A stretch of DNA of 64,000 bases from Candidatus Marinacidobacterales bacterium (GCA_965237955.1 OZ250169.1:7136001-7200000), one strand, 5' to 3'. Shown: positions 50,133-62,415, counted from the stretch's first letter. Made by a program: numbers and translations. Notes: generated by a model not told the origin, from the letters alone.

Positions 50133-53100
50133 AACAGTCTCCGGGATTCCCGGGGCGGTTCACAGTATAGCGATGTCGAGGATGCGGGACGCGTGAGAGG
50201 GCGATAGTCCATCGCCCGCAAAGGTCCGAGCGAGCCGCCTTCCCTGCTCTAGCCGCACCGTCCCGGAGGAAGCCGCGACGACCTCGGGCACCTCGGCCTC
50301 CGCTGGGCGCAACGAAAAACTCTCCACCTGGTTCGCCCGAATGGAAACGATCTCGACGTCGTTCGATGCGAGTGCGTCAACCCAAGCTCTTCTCACCGGG
50401 AGCGAGATCTCGTCGTCCATTGCAAAACCGGGAATCTCGACGCGCACCGAGCCGTCCTCGAGGGGCGTCGCGTTAAAACCTGAAACTCTGAGCTCGAGCT
50501 CGAGTTGCCGCCGGCCCCGCTGACGCACTGTCAAAGACGTGGCATTCGGATCTCCATAAACGACGCGCGGGGGGAGCGCCTCGCCATCCGTCCCCGGCAC
50601 AAAGGATTCCGGCGGCCGCGCGAGGCCACTTTGAGGTGTTGCCACGACCGGACCGTGGCGTTCGAGGCTTCCCGTTGTCTCGATATCTTCCAACTCGTAG
50701 AAATAGGACGTGCCGTTCGTTACGTCGCGATCGACGAAGCGGTAGCGCGCCCCCGACGGAGAGGAGCCCAAGCCCGGGATCAGCGAAGTGTTGATGCGCT
50801 CGAACGGTCCCGCCTCGCTCGCACTGCGGTACACGTGAAAGCCGAGGTTGTCGACTTCGGCGCCCGTCTCCCACTCGAGCACCACGGAGCTGTCACCGCC
50901 ATGGGCGTCGAACGATACGAGCTCGACCGCGGTTGTACACGCGACGATATTGTCGCTATCGGTATTCCGTACGACGAGGAGTTGATAACCGGAGATGGCA
51001 GCCGGGGTGACGGCCCTGCGAACGACGGCGCCGTCGAGAAACCGTACTTCGACGACGTAGGTACTGTTCGGGCCCCTCGACGAGCCGCACGTGAGCAGTC
51101 CCATGTGAACATACGCGGGGTCTTGCGATCCATGGCCTCGGCCACCGTTGACTTCGCGGACCCCCGAAACGGGGCTCAGCCCGCAGTCGAGCAAACGGAT
51201 CGTCGCGCCGATGGCATCACGGTCGGCCCCTCCCGCATCGTGCAGCGCCCGGATGACGAGATAGCCGTTGTTATTTGTCTCGTTACGCCACAGCTCGTTA
51301 GCCGTATTCTGGTTGATCAGGATGTCGACATCCCCGTCGCGATCGTAGTCGCCGAACGCCGTCGCTTCGCCATTGTCGACACCGAAACCTGCCGGCGAGA
51401 TGTCGGTGAACGTGAAGGCGCCGTCGTTCCGGAAAAGCTGGTCGTTCCCGTCGCTCGTGAGCATCAAATCGAGATCGCCGTCGTTATCGACGTCACCACA
51501 CGCGACGCCGTCGATGTTGCCGAGAATACCGGCCGGAACACCGCGAGCGGTGAACGACGCCGAACCGACACCCGTCTGTTCCCAGATCTGGCTGACACCT
51601 GCGTCTGTCCAGAAGAGATCGAAATCACCGTCGTCGTCGAGATCGCAGGTCGCGATACCGCCCTTGTTGCCGTTCGTAGCCGCTTCGTCGAAAGTCCCGG
51701 CGGTAAAGGTGCCGGCGTTCGCGTCGTTCAGATAGAGGTCTGGGGAGCTCCCGCGACGGTTGAGGATGTCGACGTCCCCGTCGACGTCGATATCGGCCAC
51801 CGCGGTGTAGTCGCTCTTTCCGGCTTGCGTCGCGGGAAGCGCGGGGGTGGCGACGTAGCTGAACGCTCCCGCCACGTTCTCGAAGATCGAGATGCCTCCG
51901 TCTTGATCCGCCATCAGATCCAGGTCACCGTCCGCATCGTAGTCGATGAACCCGAGTCCTTCCGAGTTGAACTGGAACGGTTGTGAGCTGGCATCGAGGA
52001 TCTGGCTCGGGGTGCCGCCGGCGCCGAAAATCGTCCAGGCGGCACCGCATCCGGACACGCCCGCGCCGTTGTTCAGGTAAATCTCGATGTCCGGCGAGCT
52101 CGTGTTGCGGGCAAAGTCCAAAAACCCGTCGTTGTTGACGTCGCCCCAAATGACGCTCCGCTCTCTCACATTGACGAGCCCGGGAGCAAGGCACGCGCTC
52201 ACATCGGTAAACGTTCCGTCGCAGCTTCCGCTGTTGTCCTGCATGTAGAGACGCGTCCCGAGCGTCGCGTCGTCAGTATTGACGAGAACATCCAAGCAAC
52301 CGTCGTTCTTGAAATCGCCCCACGCCAGTCCACCGTCCTTCGCTCCGGCGGTGTTCAATCCCGAAGGGGCGCTGACGTTCGTGAACGGCGCGGGTAGAGC
52401 GCCCTGCGCCCCCACGCAGATGAAGCTAGTGTTGGTGCAAGCGGCGTCCTTTGTAGGGATGTTCTGGTTGTTGAACGATGTCTGGATCCAGCCGTCGCTC
52501 CGGATGACTCGCGATAATCGAATCTCGTCGAGCAAACCGTCGAATCCGAAGTCGGCCGCGAGACGGTTGCCTAAATAGAACGAGTAGGCCGCGTCGGAAT
52601 CGGCGGGAAGCGTTCCGTTCCCGCTGGCTTGATAGGCAAGTTCCGCCCCGTTTTTGAAGATGCGGATGTTCGTGCCGATCTCGGAGCCGCCCCAGGTCAC
52701 CGTCACGTACTGCCACGCGCCGTAAGAAACGACATTGTTGTTGCTCACGCGTCTGACCGACGCCGAAGAGTAATTCTTGTTGAACTCGAACGCGTTGACC
52801 TCGGGCGCGGTGTTGTCGATCTCGAGAAACCACCGTCCCACGGAAGATGCTCCATACTTCGAGACGATATTCGCGGCGCTGTTGCCGCCAGCCGTCCGGG
52901 GCTGGATCCAAGCCGACATCGTCAACGGACCGAGGTCGTCCAAGATCGCGGCGGATCCAGCATCCACGAGATCGTCGATGCCATCGAAGTCGAGCGAGCC
53001 GCTGATCTTCCCAGCGACCTGGTCGCCGGTCGTCATCCCACCGCCGGAAGTCCCGTGATTTCCAAAGAACGAGCTGTCGGTGATCTGCGGTGCGGCGGTC

Positions 53101-53572
53101 GACGGGTCCTCGGCGAGATGCCACACGCCCGAGTAGTTGCGATCCCATAGGCTTTCCGGACTCTCCAGTGAGCAGGTGACCCCGGAGTCGCCATAATAAA
53201 TGTAGAAAACGGTATCGGCGTCGAATCGCAGTCTCGGAATACGAACCCAAGCGACCAGCGTCCCCGTCACCGCGTCGTAGCTTTCGATCTCGTGGCTCAG
53301 GATTTGAATGCCGTCTGCCGCTCGAAATTGGATGTCGAAACCGCTCGCGCTCGAGACGTTCGCCTGCAGATCCGGATCACTTTGCAAGCTAACGAGAACG
53401 GGAAGTCCAAAATGATCGGAGGCGCCGCTGACGCGGGTGTTGTCGATCGTAAGTTGCTTGCGGAACGCCATCGCGGCGTCGAGACGCACCGCTCCCAATA
53501 CGAACGAGGCCGTGATGATGGCAAGACGCAGATATGGCAGATATAAGGAGCCCATGGTATCCGTGTAGATAT

Positions 53573-53589
53573 TGCAAACCGCATGCCTA
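53573..53589 (-). promoter_or_regulatory. putative sigma-54 promoter of the giant C25 gene
   Basis: TAGGCATGCGGTTTGCA (GG-N10-GC), 17 nt before ATG 53555. Confidence 0.6.
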
Positions 53590-53868
53590 GGGCATTACAC
53601 GCAGAGGCGTTTAAAAATGGGGGTTTTAACTCGTTGTACCCGATAACAGTTGGGGTGTTTGCGCTACGGTGTGTGGGGCTTTGGCTACGTAGGAGTCTTT
53701 TCTCTCACAAATTCCCCCGGCGCATTTCTTCGGCCAGATAGTCGGTCGAGCGCCACGAGAGCGCCAAGATAGAAAGCGTCGGGTTCGTCTCGGAAGCATT
53801 GGTAGAGGCGGAGCCGTCGACGCGTTTGAGTGCTTATCTTCGATTAATGGGACCAATGCGTTCCATGC

Positions 53869-54972
53869 TCATGTCGGGAGTATATCCTTTCGTCCACGCC
53901 ACCAAATTGACGCGATGGTCGTGATCGCGAGTGCCCAATACGGCCACAGGGGCTGGACGAAACCGCCGATGAGGGCGAGAAACGCCACGATGACGAGCAT
54001 GGCAAGCCTCACGAGGACGTACCGCGCGCGTGGCGACCACCACAGCACGACATCGAAAGGCACGAAAACCAACATGAGCTCGTTGACGCGTAGCTCGGGC
54101 CACGGCGACAAGATCGCCCCCCCACACACCAGAGCTCCCATGAGGGCGACGACACCAATCGCGAAGGCGGCTCCCCAGCGTGAAATCCACGCGAGTGCCG
54201 CGATCACGAGCACAAGAACCCAGAAGCGAACGAGCGCTGCGCCGACGTCAGCGGACACGGTCGGCCCCTGACGCTCGTAGACGCCCTCCGGTGCAACCCC
54301 GAACTCGTCAGTTACGGCTTCGGCGAGAACTTCGGGTATGAACATCGCCGCGTGAGCGTCGATATCTTGGTCGACCCACCGTCCGAGGATCAAATCGCCC
54401 GCCGGCACGAGCGCCCAGTGGAAAGCGGCGAACCCCGCGCGCGCGTGGTCGCGATACGTCCGCTGGCTCGGGATCGTCGAGCGCCGGAGTGCCCCATTGG
54501 CTGCTGTGTCGATGAGGTCGCGCGGGCGCGTGGAGCAATTATCGAGAAAGTGGCTGTAAATGTATTCGCGATTCTCGGGGAGAGCGTCGTTCTCGAGTGC
54601 TTCGACGAGGCTATCGATTTGCTCGTCCGAGAGCGGTAGCACTTGCCTGTAAATACTCCGGTCCTGGCTCTGGAACGCGATCACGAGGCTGACCCAATCC
54701 GATACCGAGACCCAGAACTTCGCGCGGCCGCGGACGACGTCCCATCCGAGCCCGAGCGGGCGCGAGAAATCTGCCGTGCCGTAGTTGTAGCAAAGGCCAC
54801 CGCCGGGAAGATCTTGGTCGACGACGCAGAGCGCAGCGTGTCCGAATTTCGAGAACAGGGCGTCCCCCGGCCCCATGGTGTAGAGCTCGACGCGAGGCTT
54901 GGCATCCGCTGGCGTTACTGCCGCCAGCAGCAGCACGAACACAAACAGGCTGAAATCGCGCCGAGCATACAC
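53869..54972 (-). CDS. DUF4105 / Lnb-like membrane protein
   Basis: FGHAAL, YNYG, YSHFLDNCSTR, MFIP, C-terminal TM bundle. Confidence 0.8.
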   Translation of the reverse strand: MYARRDFSLFVFVLLLAAVTPADAKPRVELYTMGPGDALFSKFGHAALCVVDQDLPGGGLCYNYGTADFSRPLGLGWDVVRGRAKFWVSVSDWVSLVIAFQSQDRSIYRQVLPLSDEQIDSLVEALENDALPENREYIYSHFLDNCSTRPRDLIDTAANGALRRSTIPSQRTYRDHARAGFAAFHWALVPAGDLILGRWVDQDIDAHAAMFIPEVLAEAVTDEFGVAPEGVYERQGPTVSADVGAALVRFWVLVLVIAALAWISRWGAAFAIGVVALMGALVCGGAILSPWPELRVNELMLVFVPFDVVLWWSPRARYVLVRLAMLVIVAFLALIGGFVQPLWPYWALAITTIASIWWRGRKDILPT

Positions 54973-55025
54973 AGGAGACCATCATACCGCGGAGTATGTT
55001 ATTCTCCGCCGCTCAGAGAGCCACG

Positions 55026-55430
55026 TTGGAATCGAAAAAGCTGGAGCGCAGCATCGGCCTCATCGGAACCGCCGTAGGGTCGACGATCACGCGTTACGCG
55101 GTGGCCGCGGTCATGGCGATCATGGTTCTCCAGACACTGTCAGCGGCTGCGGTGTTTGCCCTTCCCAAGCGGAGCCCCGAGCATTTCGCAAACGCCGCGT
55201 TCCGCTTGTCGCCACTCTGGCGTGTCGTATGCAGCGTAGGGCTAATCTTGGTTTCGCTCTTGTTCATCGGAGGCGGCGTTGCCCAGGATCGTTCCGCCGC
55301 AAACATTTTCGTCGTCCTCATGCTCCTCGGCGCCGCCTACTACGGCGTTCGCAAGGCCATGTTGCGCCGCCAAGGCCTTCGGATCGAGGACGTGCTCAGG
55401 AAGGATCGCGCTCTCGCGTCCGCGAACTAG
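55026..55430 (+). pseudogene. APC amino-acid permease remnant, N-terminus fused to the last TM helices
   Basis: KLERSIGLIG start motif followed directly by only three to four TM segments. Confidence 0.6.
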
Positions 55431-55434
55431 CGTC

Positions 55435-56421
55435 ATGGAAATCGTCGTTCTAAACCACAAAGAGATCGAAGGGCTGCTTCCCATGGACGAGTGCATCGAC
55501 GTGATGTCCGAAGTGCTCTCGGCGCTCGCGCGGGGCGAAGCGCACAGTCCGCTCCGCTCGGTCGTTCGTCCTCCCGACACCGGCCACTTCCTCGGGCTCA
55601 TGCCTGCCTACCGCGGAGGTGCGAACCCCGCCTACGCCCTGAAGGAATTTTGTATCTTTCCCGATAACCCGACGCGCGGGCTCGATCGGCACCAGGGATC
55701 GGTGCTGCTCCATAGCGCCGAGACCGGCGAGCTCATGGCGGTCATGAACGGCTCCGCCATCACCGCGATCCGCACCGCGGCGGTCTCGGGCCTCGCGGCG
55801 AAACTGCTCGCGCGCGACGACGCCAAAGAGGTCGCGATCATCGGAACCGGCGTTCAGGGACGAATGCATCTGCAAGCGATGGCCGCAATAGGCGGCTTCG
55901 AGCGCGTGCGGGTGTGTAGCCGGCGTCGAGAGAATGCGGAAGCGTTCGCGAAGGAGCTCGGCCCGAAGATGCCGTTCACGATCAAGCCCGTCGACGACGT
56001 GAAGAGCGCGGTGGAGTCTGCCGACGTCATCAACACCACCACCAATGCCCGTGAGCCGGTGCTTCACCGGGATTGGGTGAAGCCCGGAACTCACATCAAC
56101 GCAGTGGGCTCGGCCATCCCCACGACTCGAGAGATCGACACCGCCACGATGACGGCGTCGACGCTCTTCGTCGACCGTCGCGAAGCGACGCTCAACGAAT
56201 CAGGTGACTACCTCTTCGCCGCGAAGGAAGGTGCCATCGGCCCGGATCACATCCGTGCCGAGCTCGGCGAGATTCTCATCGGCGAGCAGGTCGGCCGCCG
56301 TTCGCCCGAGGAGATCACGCTCTTCAACTCCCTCGGCATCGCCGTCGAAGACCTCGCCGCCGCGCAGTTCCTCTACAAGCGCGCGCTAGAAAAAGACGTC
56401 GGCACCCGCCTCGAATTCTAA
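55435..56421 (+). CDS. ornithine cyclodeaminase / mu-crystallin family protein
   Basis: LMPA, ITAIRTAAVS, IGTGVQG, GTHINAVG, SLGIAVED. Confidence 0.93.
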   Translation: MEIVVLNHKEIEGLLPMDECIDVMSEVLSALARGEAHSPLRSVVRPPDTGHFLGLMPAYRGGANPAYALKEFCIFPDNPTRGLDRHQGSVLLHSAETGELMAVMNGSAITAIRTAAVSGLAAKLLARDDAKEVAIIGTGVQGRMHLQAMAAIGGFERVRVCSRRRENAEAFAKELGPKMPFTIKPVDDVKSAVESADVINTTTNAREPVLHRDWVKPGTHINAVGSAIPTTREIDTATMTASTLFVDRREATLNESGDYLFAAKEGAIGPDHIRAELGEILIGEQVGRRSPEEITLFNSLGIAVEDLAAAQFLYKRALEKDVGTRLEF

Positions 56422-56531
56422 CCCCTGCCGATGCCCTGCCCCTGCCCCTGCCCGTCCCGGCTCAAACTCTCCCCATCGCCGTTTCCCTCCGTTAGTTGCT
56501 AAACTGCGGGCTGACGATTTGGGAGGATTTA

Positions 56532-57767
56532 ATGACCACGGCATGGATTCTGGACGCGGCGCGCACACCCCGCGGCCGCGGCAAGAAGGACAAGGGAGCT
56601 CTGAGCGGCATTCACTCCCAAGAGCTCATCTCTCAGACATTGAACGCGCTCGCCGAGCGCACCGACATCGACAAGAAAGACGTCGAAGACGTCGTCATGG
56701 GCTGCGTCAGCCAGGCGGGTGAGCAAGGCGCCAACATCGCGCGCAATGCGCTCCTCCTCGCGGAGTGGCCGGACGAGGTCACCGGCGTCACTCTGAACCG
56801 TTTCTGCGGCTCCGGGCTTCAAGCCGTGAACTTCGCCGCAATGGGTGTCGGCTCGGGCCAACAGGACCTCGCGATTGGCGGCGGTGCCGAAAGCATGTCG
56901 CGCGCGCCCATGGGCTCGGACGGCGCGGGCGCAGACGGCAACAACGAGATTCTCCGTGAGAAAGTCTTCCAAGTGCCGCAAGGCATCAGCGCCGATCTGA
57001 TCGCGACCATCGAGCGCTTCTCCCGCGAAGACGTGGACCGTTTCGCGCTGCAGTCACAGCTGCGAGCGCAGGCGGCTCAGGAATCCGGCTATTTCTCGAA
57101 GAGCCTCGTGCCGGTGAAAGACCCGAAGACCGGCGACGTCGTGCTCGAAAAAGACGAACACCCGCGCGCGGGTACGACGCTCGAAGGCCTGGGCGAGCTC
57201 GACGCGGTGTTCACCAAGTTCGGAGGCTCCGCCGCCACCGAGGGCGGCGAGACGTGGGATCAAGTCGCGCTCCGCCGTTATCCCGACGTCGCCTCGATCA
57301 TCCACGTGCATACCGCGGGAAACGCGAGCGGGATCGTAGACGGGGCGGCCGCTGTGCTCGTCGCCTCGGACGACTACGTCAAAGCTCACGGCCTGAAGCC
57401 CCGTGCGCGCATCCGCGCGACCGCAACCTACGGCTCGGAGCCCGTCATCATGTTGACCGCACCGGCGCCGACGTCGGAGCGCGCTCTCGCGAAAGCAGGC
57501 ATGAGCGCATCGGACATCGACCTCTGGGAGATCAACGAAGCGTTCGCCGCGATACCACTGCAAACGATGAAAAAGCTCGGCATCAACGACGAGAAAGTGA
57601 ATGTCAACGGCGGGGCGATCGCACTCGGACATCCGCTCGGTGCGACCGGGGCCATGCTCCTAGGGACGGCCCTCGACGAGCTCGAGCGCCGCGATCTCAC
57701 CACCGCGCTAATCACGCTTTGTATCGGCGGCGGTATGGGGATTGCGACGATTATCGAGCGCGTCTAA
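56532..57767 (+). CDS. acetyl-CoA C-acyltransferase (thiolase)
   Basis: [30 protein letters not shown]; GGAGG RBS. Confidence 0.95.
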   Translation: MTTAWILDAARTPRGRGKKDKGALSGIHSQELISQTLNALAERTDIDKKDVEDVVMGCVSQAGEQGANIARNALLLAEWPDEVTGVTLNRFCGSGLQAVNFAAMGVGSGQQDLAIGGGAESMSRAPMGSDGAGADGNNEILREKVFQVPQGISADLIATIERFSREDVDRFALQSQLRAQAAQESGYFSKSLVPVKDPKTGDVVLEKDEHPRAGTTLEGLGELDAVFTKFGGSAATEGGETWDQVALRRYPDVASIIHVHTAGNASGIVDGAAAVLVASDDYVKAHGLKPRARIRATATYGSEPVIMLTAPAPTSERALAKAGMSASDIDLWEINEAFAAIPLQTMKKLGINDEKVNVNGGAIALGHPLGATGAMLLGTALDELERRDLTTALITLCIGGGMGIATIIERV

Positions 57768-58049
57768 ACTCAACTGGCCCAACTGGCCGAATCGCTTCGC
57801 CGCGCGCGCACGGGCCCTGGCGGCTTCTATTTCGCGATCGCGCGCCGGCGCGTTCGTGACGAGCGAGTCGATGAGCGACGTTGCGACTCGGGCCACGTCC
57901 TCGACCGCGCGCTCGAACGCCTCCTGGTTCACCTGCGACGGCTTGTTGAAGCCCGAGAGTTTGCGCACGAACTGGGCCGACGCAGCGCGGATCTCCTCTT
58001 CCGTGGCAGGTGGCTCGAAATTGAAAAGCGTCTTGATATTCCTACACAT
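57708..58049 (-). CDS. DUF2277 family protein
   Basis: [33 protein letters not shown]; 3' end overlaps the thiolase by 60 nt. Confidence 0.85.
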   Translation of the reverse strand: MCRNIKTLFNFEPPATEEEIRAASAQFVRKLSGFNKPSQVNQEAFERAVEDVARVATSLIDSLVTNAPARDREIEAARARARAAKRFGQLGQLSLDALDNRRNPHTAADTKRD

Positions 58050-58072
58050 GGTTGTCTTCCTGTTGCGAGGAG

Positions 58073-58957
58073 TTAGGCTAGGCTCCGCGTCACCCTCCGT
58101 GGCTCCGTGGTGAAGGATCCCATACGGTACATACCTACCACCGCGAACGCCAGAGCCCAACCGGCGAATACGTCCAGGGCGTAGTGGAAGCGTCCGTAGA
58201 CGGCCGCAAAAACGAGGCCGGTGTAAATCGGAAGGAGCCAGTAGAGCCACCGGGGTTGGTACTTCATCGTCACCAGGACAATCACCGTCGAGACCGAGAC
58301 ATGGGAGCTCGGAAACGCACCGCCCCGTGCACCCCCGCGCGCCGCTAAGAAGTGGACCAGCTCATAGAAGAAGTTCCCAGAGAGAGGCTCTGGTAGCGAC
58401 TCGGACAGATAGAAAGGACTGTCCACGGGAAACAAGATGTAGAACACGTAGCTCGTCGCGAACGTCACCGAGACCAGAAAGAGGAGCTCTTGGAAGGCAC
58501 GCCGCTTTCCAGTGAAGTACCAGATGCCACCGACGACGGGGAACAGACAAAGGTGCGAGAAGTAACAGAAGTGAAGGTACTCGGAGAACACCACCGAATC
58601 CAGATGCTCGCTCAGATAGTGGCTCGGGTGACCCTGGAACAAGCCCACCTCCAACCGCTGGAGCGAAGTGGTCAGCCCCCAGTTCCCGAAGGCGTTCGCG
58701 AGAAGCTCGACTTCTTTGTAGAAAATCGGAAACGCCATCGCCGGGTACCAGTCGCGGAAGAATCGCGCGATACTCGGCAACGTCGCCGGCAGGAAGGCGA
58801 GAGCATAGACCGCGCCCGCGGCTGCAAGATGCACGAGTGCCAGGCTCTTCCAGTTCGGGCAGCTCGGGAGCGATTCGCGAAAGACAACAATGAGGGCGCC
58901 CACCACGACAAGGTAGGCAAGAATGACGATATCGGTGCGCCGTGTGAATCCGCCCAA
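58073..58957 (-). CDS. PAP2 superfamily membrane phosphatase/phosphotransferase
   Basis: AFPSSHV, GRFHYALD, multiple TM helices. Confidence 0.9.
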   Translation of the reverse strand: MGGFTRRTDIVILAYLVVVGALIVVFRESLPSCPNWKSLALVHLAAAGAVYALAFLPATLPSIARFFRDWYPAMAFPIFYKEVELLANAFGNWGLTTSLQRLEVGLFQGHPSHYLSEHLDSVVFSEYLHFCYFSHLCLFPVVGGIWYFTGKRRAFQELLFLVSVTFATSYVFYILFPVDSPFYLSESLPEPLSGNFFYELVHFLAARGGARGGAFPSSHVSVSTVIVLVTMKYQPRWLYWLLPIYTGLVFAAVYGRFHYALDVFAGWALAFAVVGMYRMGSFTTEPRRVTRSLA

Positions 58958-59052
58958 GGTGATATCCTTACGCCGCCTCGACGGGGGAGACGTGAACTGT
59001 TGAAAACGAAGCCCATTCTAGCACTGTTGACGGTGTTTCAATCGGAGGGATC

Positions 59053-59349
59053 GTGCACCAAGATCGAACGAAGCTGTCGGACGACGAAGTCCAGGAAGAG
59101 CTCAAAGCTCTTGCCAATTGGGAGATTGTCGAAGGAAAGTTACATCGCGAGTTCAAATTCGAAAATTTCATCGAAGCGTTCGCATTCATGACAAAACTCG
59201 CTATGGTCGCCGAGCGGCTCAACCATCATCCGGAGTGGACGAACGTCTACAACAAAGTGAGCGTGTGGCTCACGACGCATGACGTCGATGGGATTTCGCG
59301 TTTCGATTTCGACCTGGCTCAGGCGGCGAATCGCTATTACGGAGAGTAA
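59053..59349 (+). CDS. pterin-4-alpha-carbinolamine dehydratase
   Basis: AERLNHHPEW.NVYNKV..LTTHD. Confidence 0.95.
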   Translation: MHQDRTKLSDDEVQEELKALANWEIVEGKLHREFKFENFIEAFAFMTKLAMVAERLNHHPEWTNVYNKVSVWLTTHDVDGISRFDFDLAQAANRYYGE

Positions 59350-59351
59350 CG

Positions 59352-60248
59352 ATGGCCTCACATCAAGCCGGTATCCTGGCGCCGGGCCCGAGCCTCGGCC
59401 GGTTTCTCTTCTTCCAGCTCCTCGCCGGCGACGATCCCGACACGGCGGTGAGCGCACTTTCAGAGCTCGATGACGACGAGGACCTCGTCGTTGGGCTCGG
59501 CAGCTCTATCGTCCTCGCGGCCGGTGGCAACGTCGAGGGACTCCGAGTTTTTCCGAGCCTGACCGGTCCCGGTATCGAGATCCCCTCGACCCAGACCGCC
59601 GCATTTTGTTGGCTCCGGAGCGAGAGCGACCGCGGTGAGCTCATCCACGGCTCGCTCGAGCTCGAGCAGATGCTCGAGCCTCTCGAGCTGTCCCACGTCA
59701 TCGACAGCTTCAAGCACGATCCCACGCCTTCGGGACTGGGCAGAGATCTTTCCGGATACGAAGACGGCACCGAAAATCCGGCGGGAGACGAAAGGAGCGC
59801 CGCCGCGATCGTGTCGGGACGAGGTGCCGGTCTCGACGGGTCGAGCTTCGTCGCCGTTCAGAAATGGCAGCACGATCTCGTCGGGCTCGAAGCCATGACC
59901 GAGGACGAGCGCGACAACATCATCGGTCGGCGACAAAGCGACAACGAGGAGCTCGAAGACGCCCCCGAGTCCGCTCACGTCAAGAGGACCGCTCAAGAGA
60001 GCTTCGAGCCGGAGGCGTTCGTCGTCCGGCAGTCGATGCCTTGGTCCGACCCCGACGGCGAAGGCCTCGTGTTCGTGGCCTTCGGCCACACGCTCGATGC
60101 GTACGAAGCGCAGCTCAGAAGAATGGTCGGTCTCGATGACGGGATCGTGGACGGTCTCTTTCAGTTCTCACGGCCGGTGTCGGGCGGATATTACTGGTGC
60201 CCACCGGTTGCGGACGGCAAGCTCGACCTGCAAGTGCTAACCAGTTAG
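59352..60248 (+). CDS. Dyp-type peroxidase
   Basis: GYEDGTENP, IIGR, SAHVKR, VRQSMPW. Confidence 0.93.
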   Translation: MASHQAGILAPGPSLGRFLFFQLLAGDDPDTAVSALSELDDDEDLVVGLGSSIVLAAGGNVEGLRVFPSLTGPGIEIPSTQTAAFCWLRSESDRGELIHGSLELEQMLEPLELSHVIDSFKHDPTPSGLGRDLSGYEDGTENPAGDERSAAAIVSGRGAGLDGSSFVAVQKWQHDLVGLEAMTEDERDNIIGRRQSDNEELEDAPESAHVKRTAQESFEPEAFVVRQSMPWSDPDGEGLVFVAFGHTLDAYEAQLRRMVGLDDGIVDGLFQFSRPVSGGYYWCPPVADGKLDLQVLTS

Positions 60249-60295
60249 GAGCATCGCCGTGGGGCTGCTCCGAAGAGCAGCCCTATTACACGGAG

Positions 60296-60916
60296 CTACT
60301 TGGTAAGAGCTTCGTGAACGTTCCCGACGAGCTCTGGGCCCGGCGTGAGGGTTTTGTCGCCATCGTCTTTCCACTGGGCAGGGCAAACCTCGGCTTGCTT
60401 GCGGGCGACATAGAGGTTCGCTTTGAACTTCCGCATGAGCTCGTCGATGTTACGGCCCACGTTGAAGAAACTGACCTCGGAGCTCAAGAGCGTGCCTTCC
60501 GGGTTGATGATGAACGTCCCCCGAAGCGCCAAACCCGCGCCCTCGACGTACACGCCGAAAAGACGCGAGACGGCGCCGTTCGGGTCGGCACCCATCTGGT
60601 ATTGCACGTTCTCGAGACTCTTTTCGTGTCGCTTCCACGCGAGGTGGACAAACTGTGTATCCGCGCTCACGGTGATGAGCTCGGCACCCAACTTCTTGAA
60701 GCGATCTTGCTGCTCTGCCAGAGCAGCGAATTCGGTCGCTCAGACGAAGGTGAAGTCCGCCGGGTAGAAGAACAAGATCGTCCACTTCCCATCAGACTTG
60801 ATTTGATCCAGGCTCACCGTCCCGAAATCGTTTTTGACCGGGTCGTAGGTCGCGAGCTCGAAATTGGGAACGCTCTGGCCAAGCTGAAGCCCGCTCCCGT
60901 TCGTCGACTCTGTCAT
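60296..60916 (-). CDS. prxU: selenocysteine-containing peroxiredoxin (AhpC/PrxU type), 206 aa
   Basis: AGGAGG + ATG 60916; FFYPADFTFV-U-ATEF with TGA at 60740-60742; RGTFIINP, GRN, VCPAQW. Confidence 0.9.
60701..60739 (-). promoter_or_regulatory. bacterial SECIS-like hairpin
   Basis: GCUGCUCU-GGC-AGAGCAGC stem-loop starting 13 nt after the UGA. Confidence 0.75.
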
Positions 60917-61011
60917 GTAAGGTCCTCCTTTTGTAGATCCGAACCGCGAATTCTTGCGCTTTCGCTCCCTTAATGCAACCCTTGTCGATATTAGATGCGA
61001 GGAGAATCACC

Positions 61012-62415
61012 ATGACCAAAGATACGACGCGGATCGAGTCCGATTCTCTCGGACCCGTCGAAGTACCGGCAAACCGCCTCTGGGGCGCGCAAACGGAGCG
61101 CTCGCGTCAAAATTTCAGGATCTCCGGCGAGCGGATGCCGGACGAGTTGATCAGAACGCTGGCCCTCGTCAAAAAGGCCGCTTGTGAGGTCAACCGCCAG
61201 CTGGGGCTTCTCGACGCCAAAACCGCGGACGCTATCGTCTCGGCAGCGGACGAAGTCCTCGAAGGCAAGCACCCCGAGGAGTTTCCCCTGGTGGTGTGGC
61301 AGACGGGAAGCGGCACCCAGACCAACATGAACATGAACGAAGTGCTCGCGAACCGGGCGAGCGAGATCCTGGGCGGCGAGCGCGGTGAAAAGCGCCTCGT
61401 GCATCCCAACGACGACGTCAACAAGAGCCAGTCCTCGAACGACGTCATCCCGACCGCGATGCACGTCGCCGCGGTCGCGGCATTGCGTACGAGGCTCATC
61501 CCCGCCGTCACCGAGCTCGCCGCTCGGTTCGCGGCAAAGGCGCGTGAGCTCAATGACGTCGTCAAGATCGGCAGAACGCATCTGCAGGACGCGACGCCGG
61601 TGACGCTCGGCCAGGAGCTTTCGGGCTACGCCTCCCAACTCGAGCATGGCGTGGCGCACCTGGAAGCGGCCCTACCGCATCTCGAAGAGCTCGCGCTCGG
61701 CGGGACCGCCGTGGGAACAGGACTAAACGCGCCCCCGAAGTTCGCCGAGAAAGCGGCAAAGAGGATCGCCGAGCTCACGGGCTTTCCCTTCGTGACCGCA
61801 CCGAACAAGTTCGAAGCGCTCGCCGGAAAGGACGGCCTCGTGCACGCGCACGGGGCGCTCAAGACGCTTGCCGCATCGCTCACAAAGATTGCAAACGACA
61901 TCCGCTGGCTCGCGTCGGGTCCGCGAAGCGGTATCGGGGAGATCACGATCCCGGCGAACGAGCCGGGAAGCTCGATCATGCCCGGGAAAGTCAACCCGAC
62001 ACAGTCGGAGGCGATGACGATGCTGTGCGCTCAAGTCTTCGGAAACGATGTCACCATTAATATCAGCGGTGCGTCCGGCAACTTCGAGCTCAACGTGTTC
62101 AAGCCTGTGATGATTTACAATTTCCTCCAAAGCGCTCGCCTTCTCGCCGACGGCTGCGACAGCTTTCGCGAAAAACTCGTCGTCGGTATCGAGCCAAACG
62201 CCGACCGCATCCTAGAAAACGTGGAACGATCGCTGATGCTGGTCACCGCTCTGAACCCTCATATCGGCTACGACAACGCGGCGAAGATCGCGAAGAAAGC
62301 GCATGCAGAGAACACGACGCTGCGCGAGGCTGCGATCGCTCTCGAGCTCGTCACCGGCAAGCAATTCGACGAATGGGTTCGTCCCGAGAAGATGGTGGGA
62401 AAGGAGACGAAGTGA
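61012..62415 (+). CDS. fumC: class II fumarate hydratase
   Basis: [37 protein letters not shown]. Confidence 0.97.
   Translation: MTKDTTRIESDSLGPVEVPANRLWGAQTERSRQNFRISGERMPDELIRTLALVKKAACEVNRQLGLLDAKTADAIVSAADEVLEGKHPEEFPLVVWQTGSGTQTNMNMNEVLANRASEILGGERGEKRLVHPNDDVNKSQSSNDVIPTAMHVAAVAALRTRLIPAVTELAARFAAKARELNDVVKIGRTHLQDATPVTLGQELSGYASQLEHGVAHLEAALPHLEELALGGTAVGTGLNAPPKFAEKAAKRIAELTGFPFVTAPNKFEALAGKDGLVHAHGALKTLAASLTKIANDIRWLASGPRSGIGEITIPANEPGSSIMPGKVNPTQSEAMTMLCAQVFGNDVTINISGASGNFELNVFKPVMIYNFLQSARLLADGCDSFREKLVVGIEPNADRILENVERSLMLVTALNPHIGYDNAAKIAKKAHAENTTLREAAIALELVTGKQFDEWVRPEKMVGKETK

Noticed and set aside
56422-56460. CCCTGC short tandem repeat after the cyclodeaminase
   Set aside because: Few imperfect units with no partner arm in the window
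57708-57790. DUF2277 C-terminal extension overlapping the thiolase, with a CAACTGGCC duplication
   Set aside because: Probably a lost stop or small duplication; no sign of function
59352-60248. Dyp as encapsulin cargo
   Set aside because: No C-terminal targeting peptide and no encapsulin gene nearby
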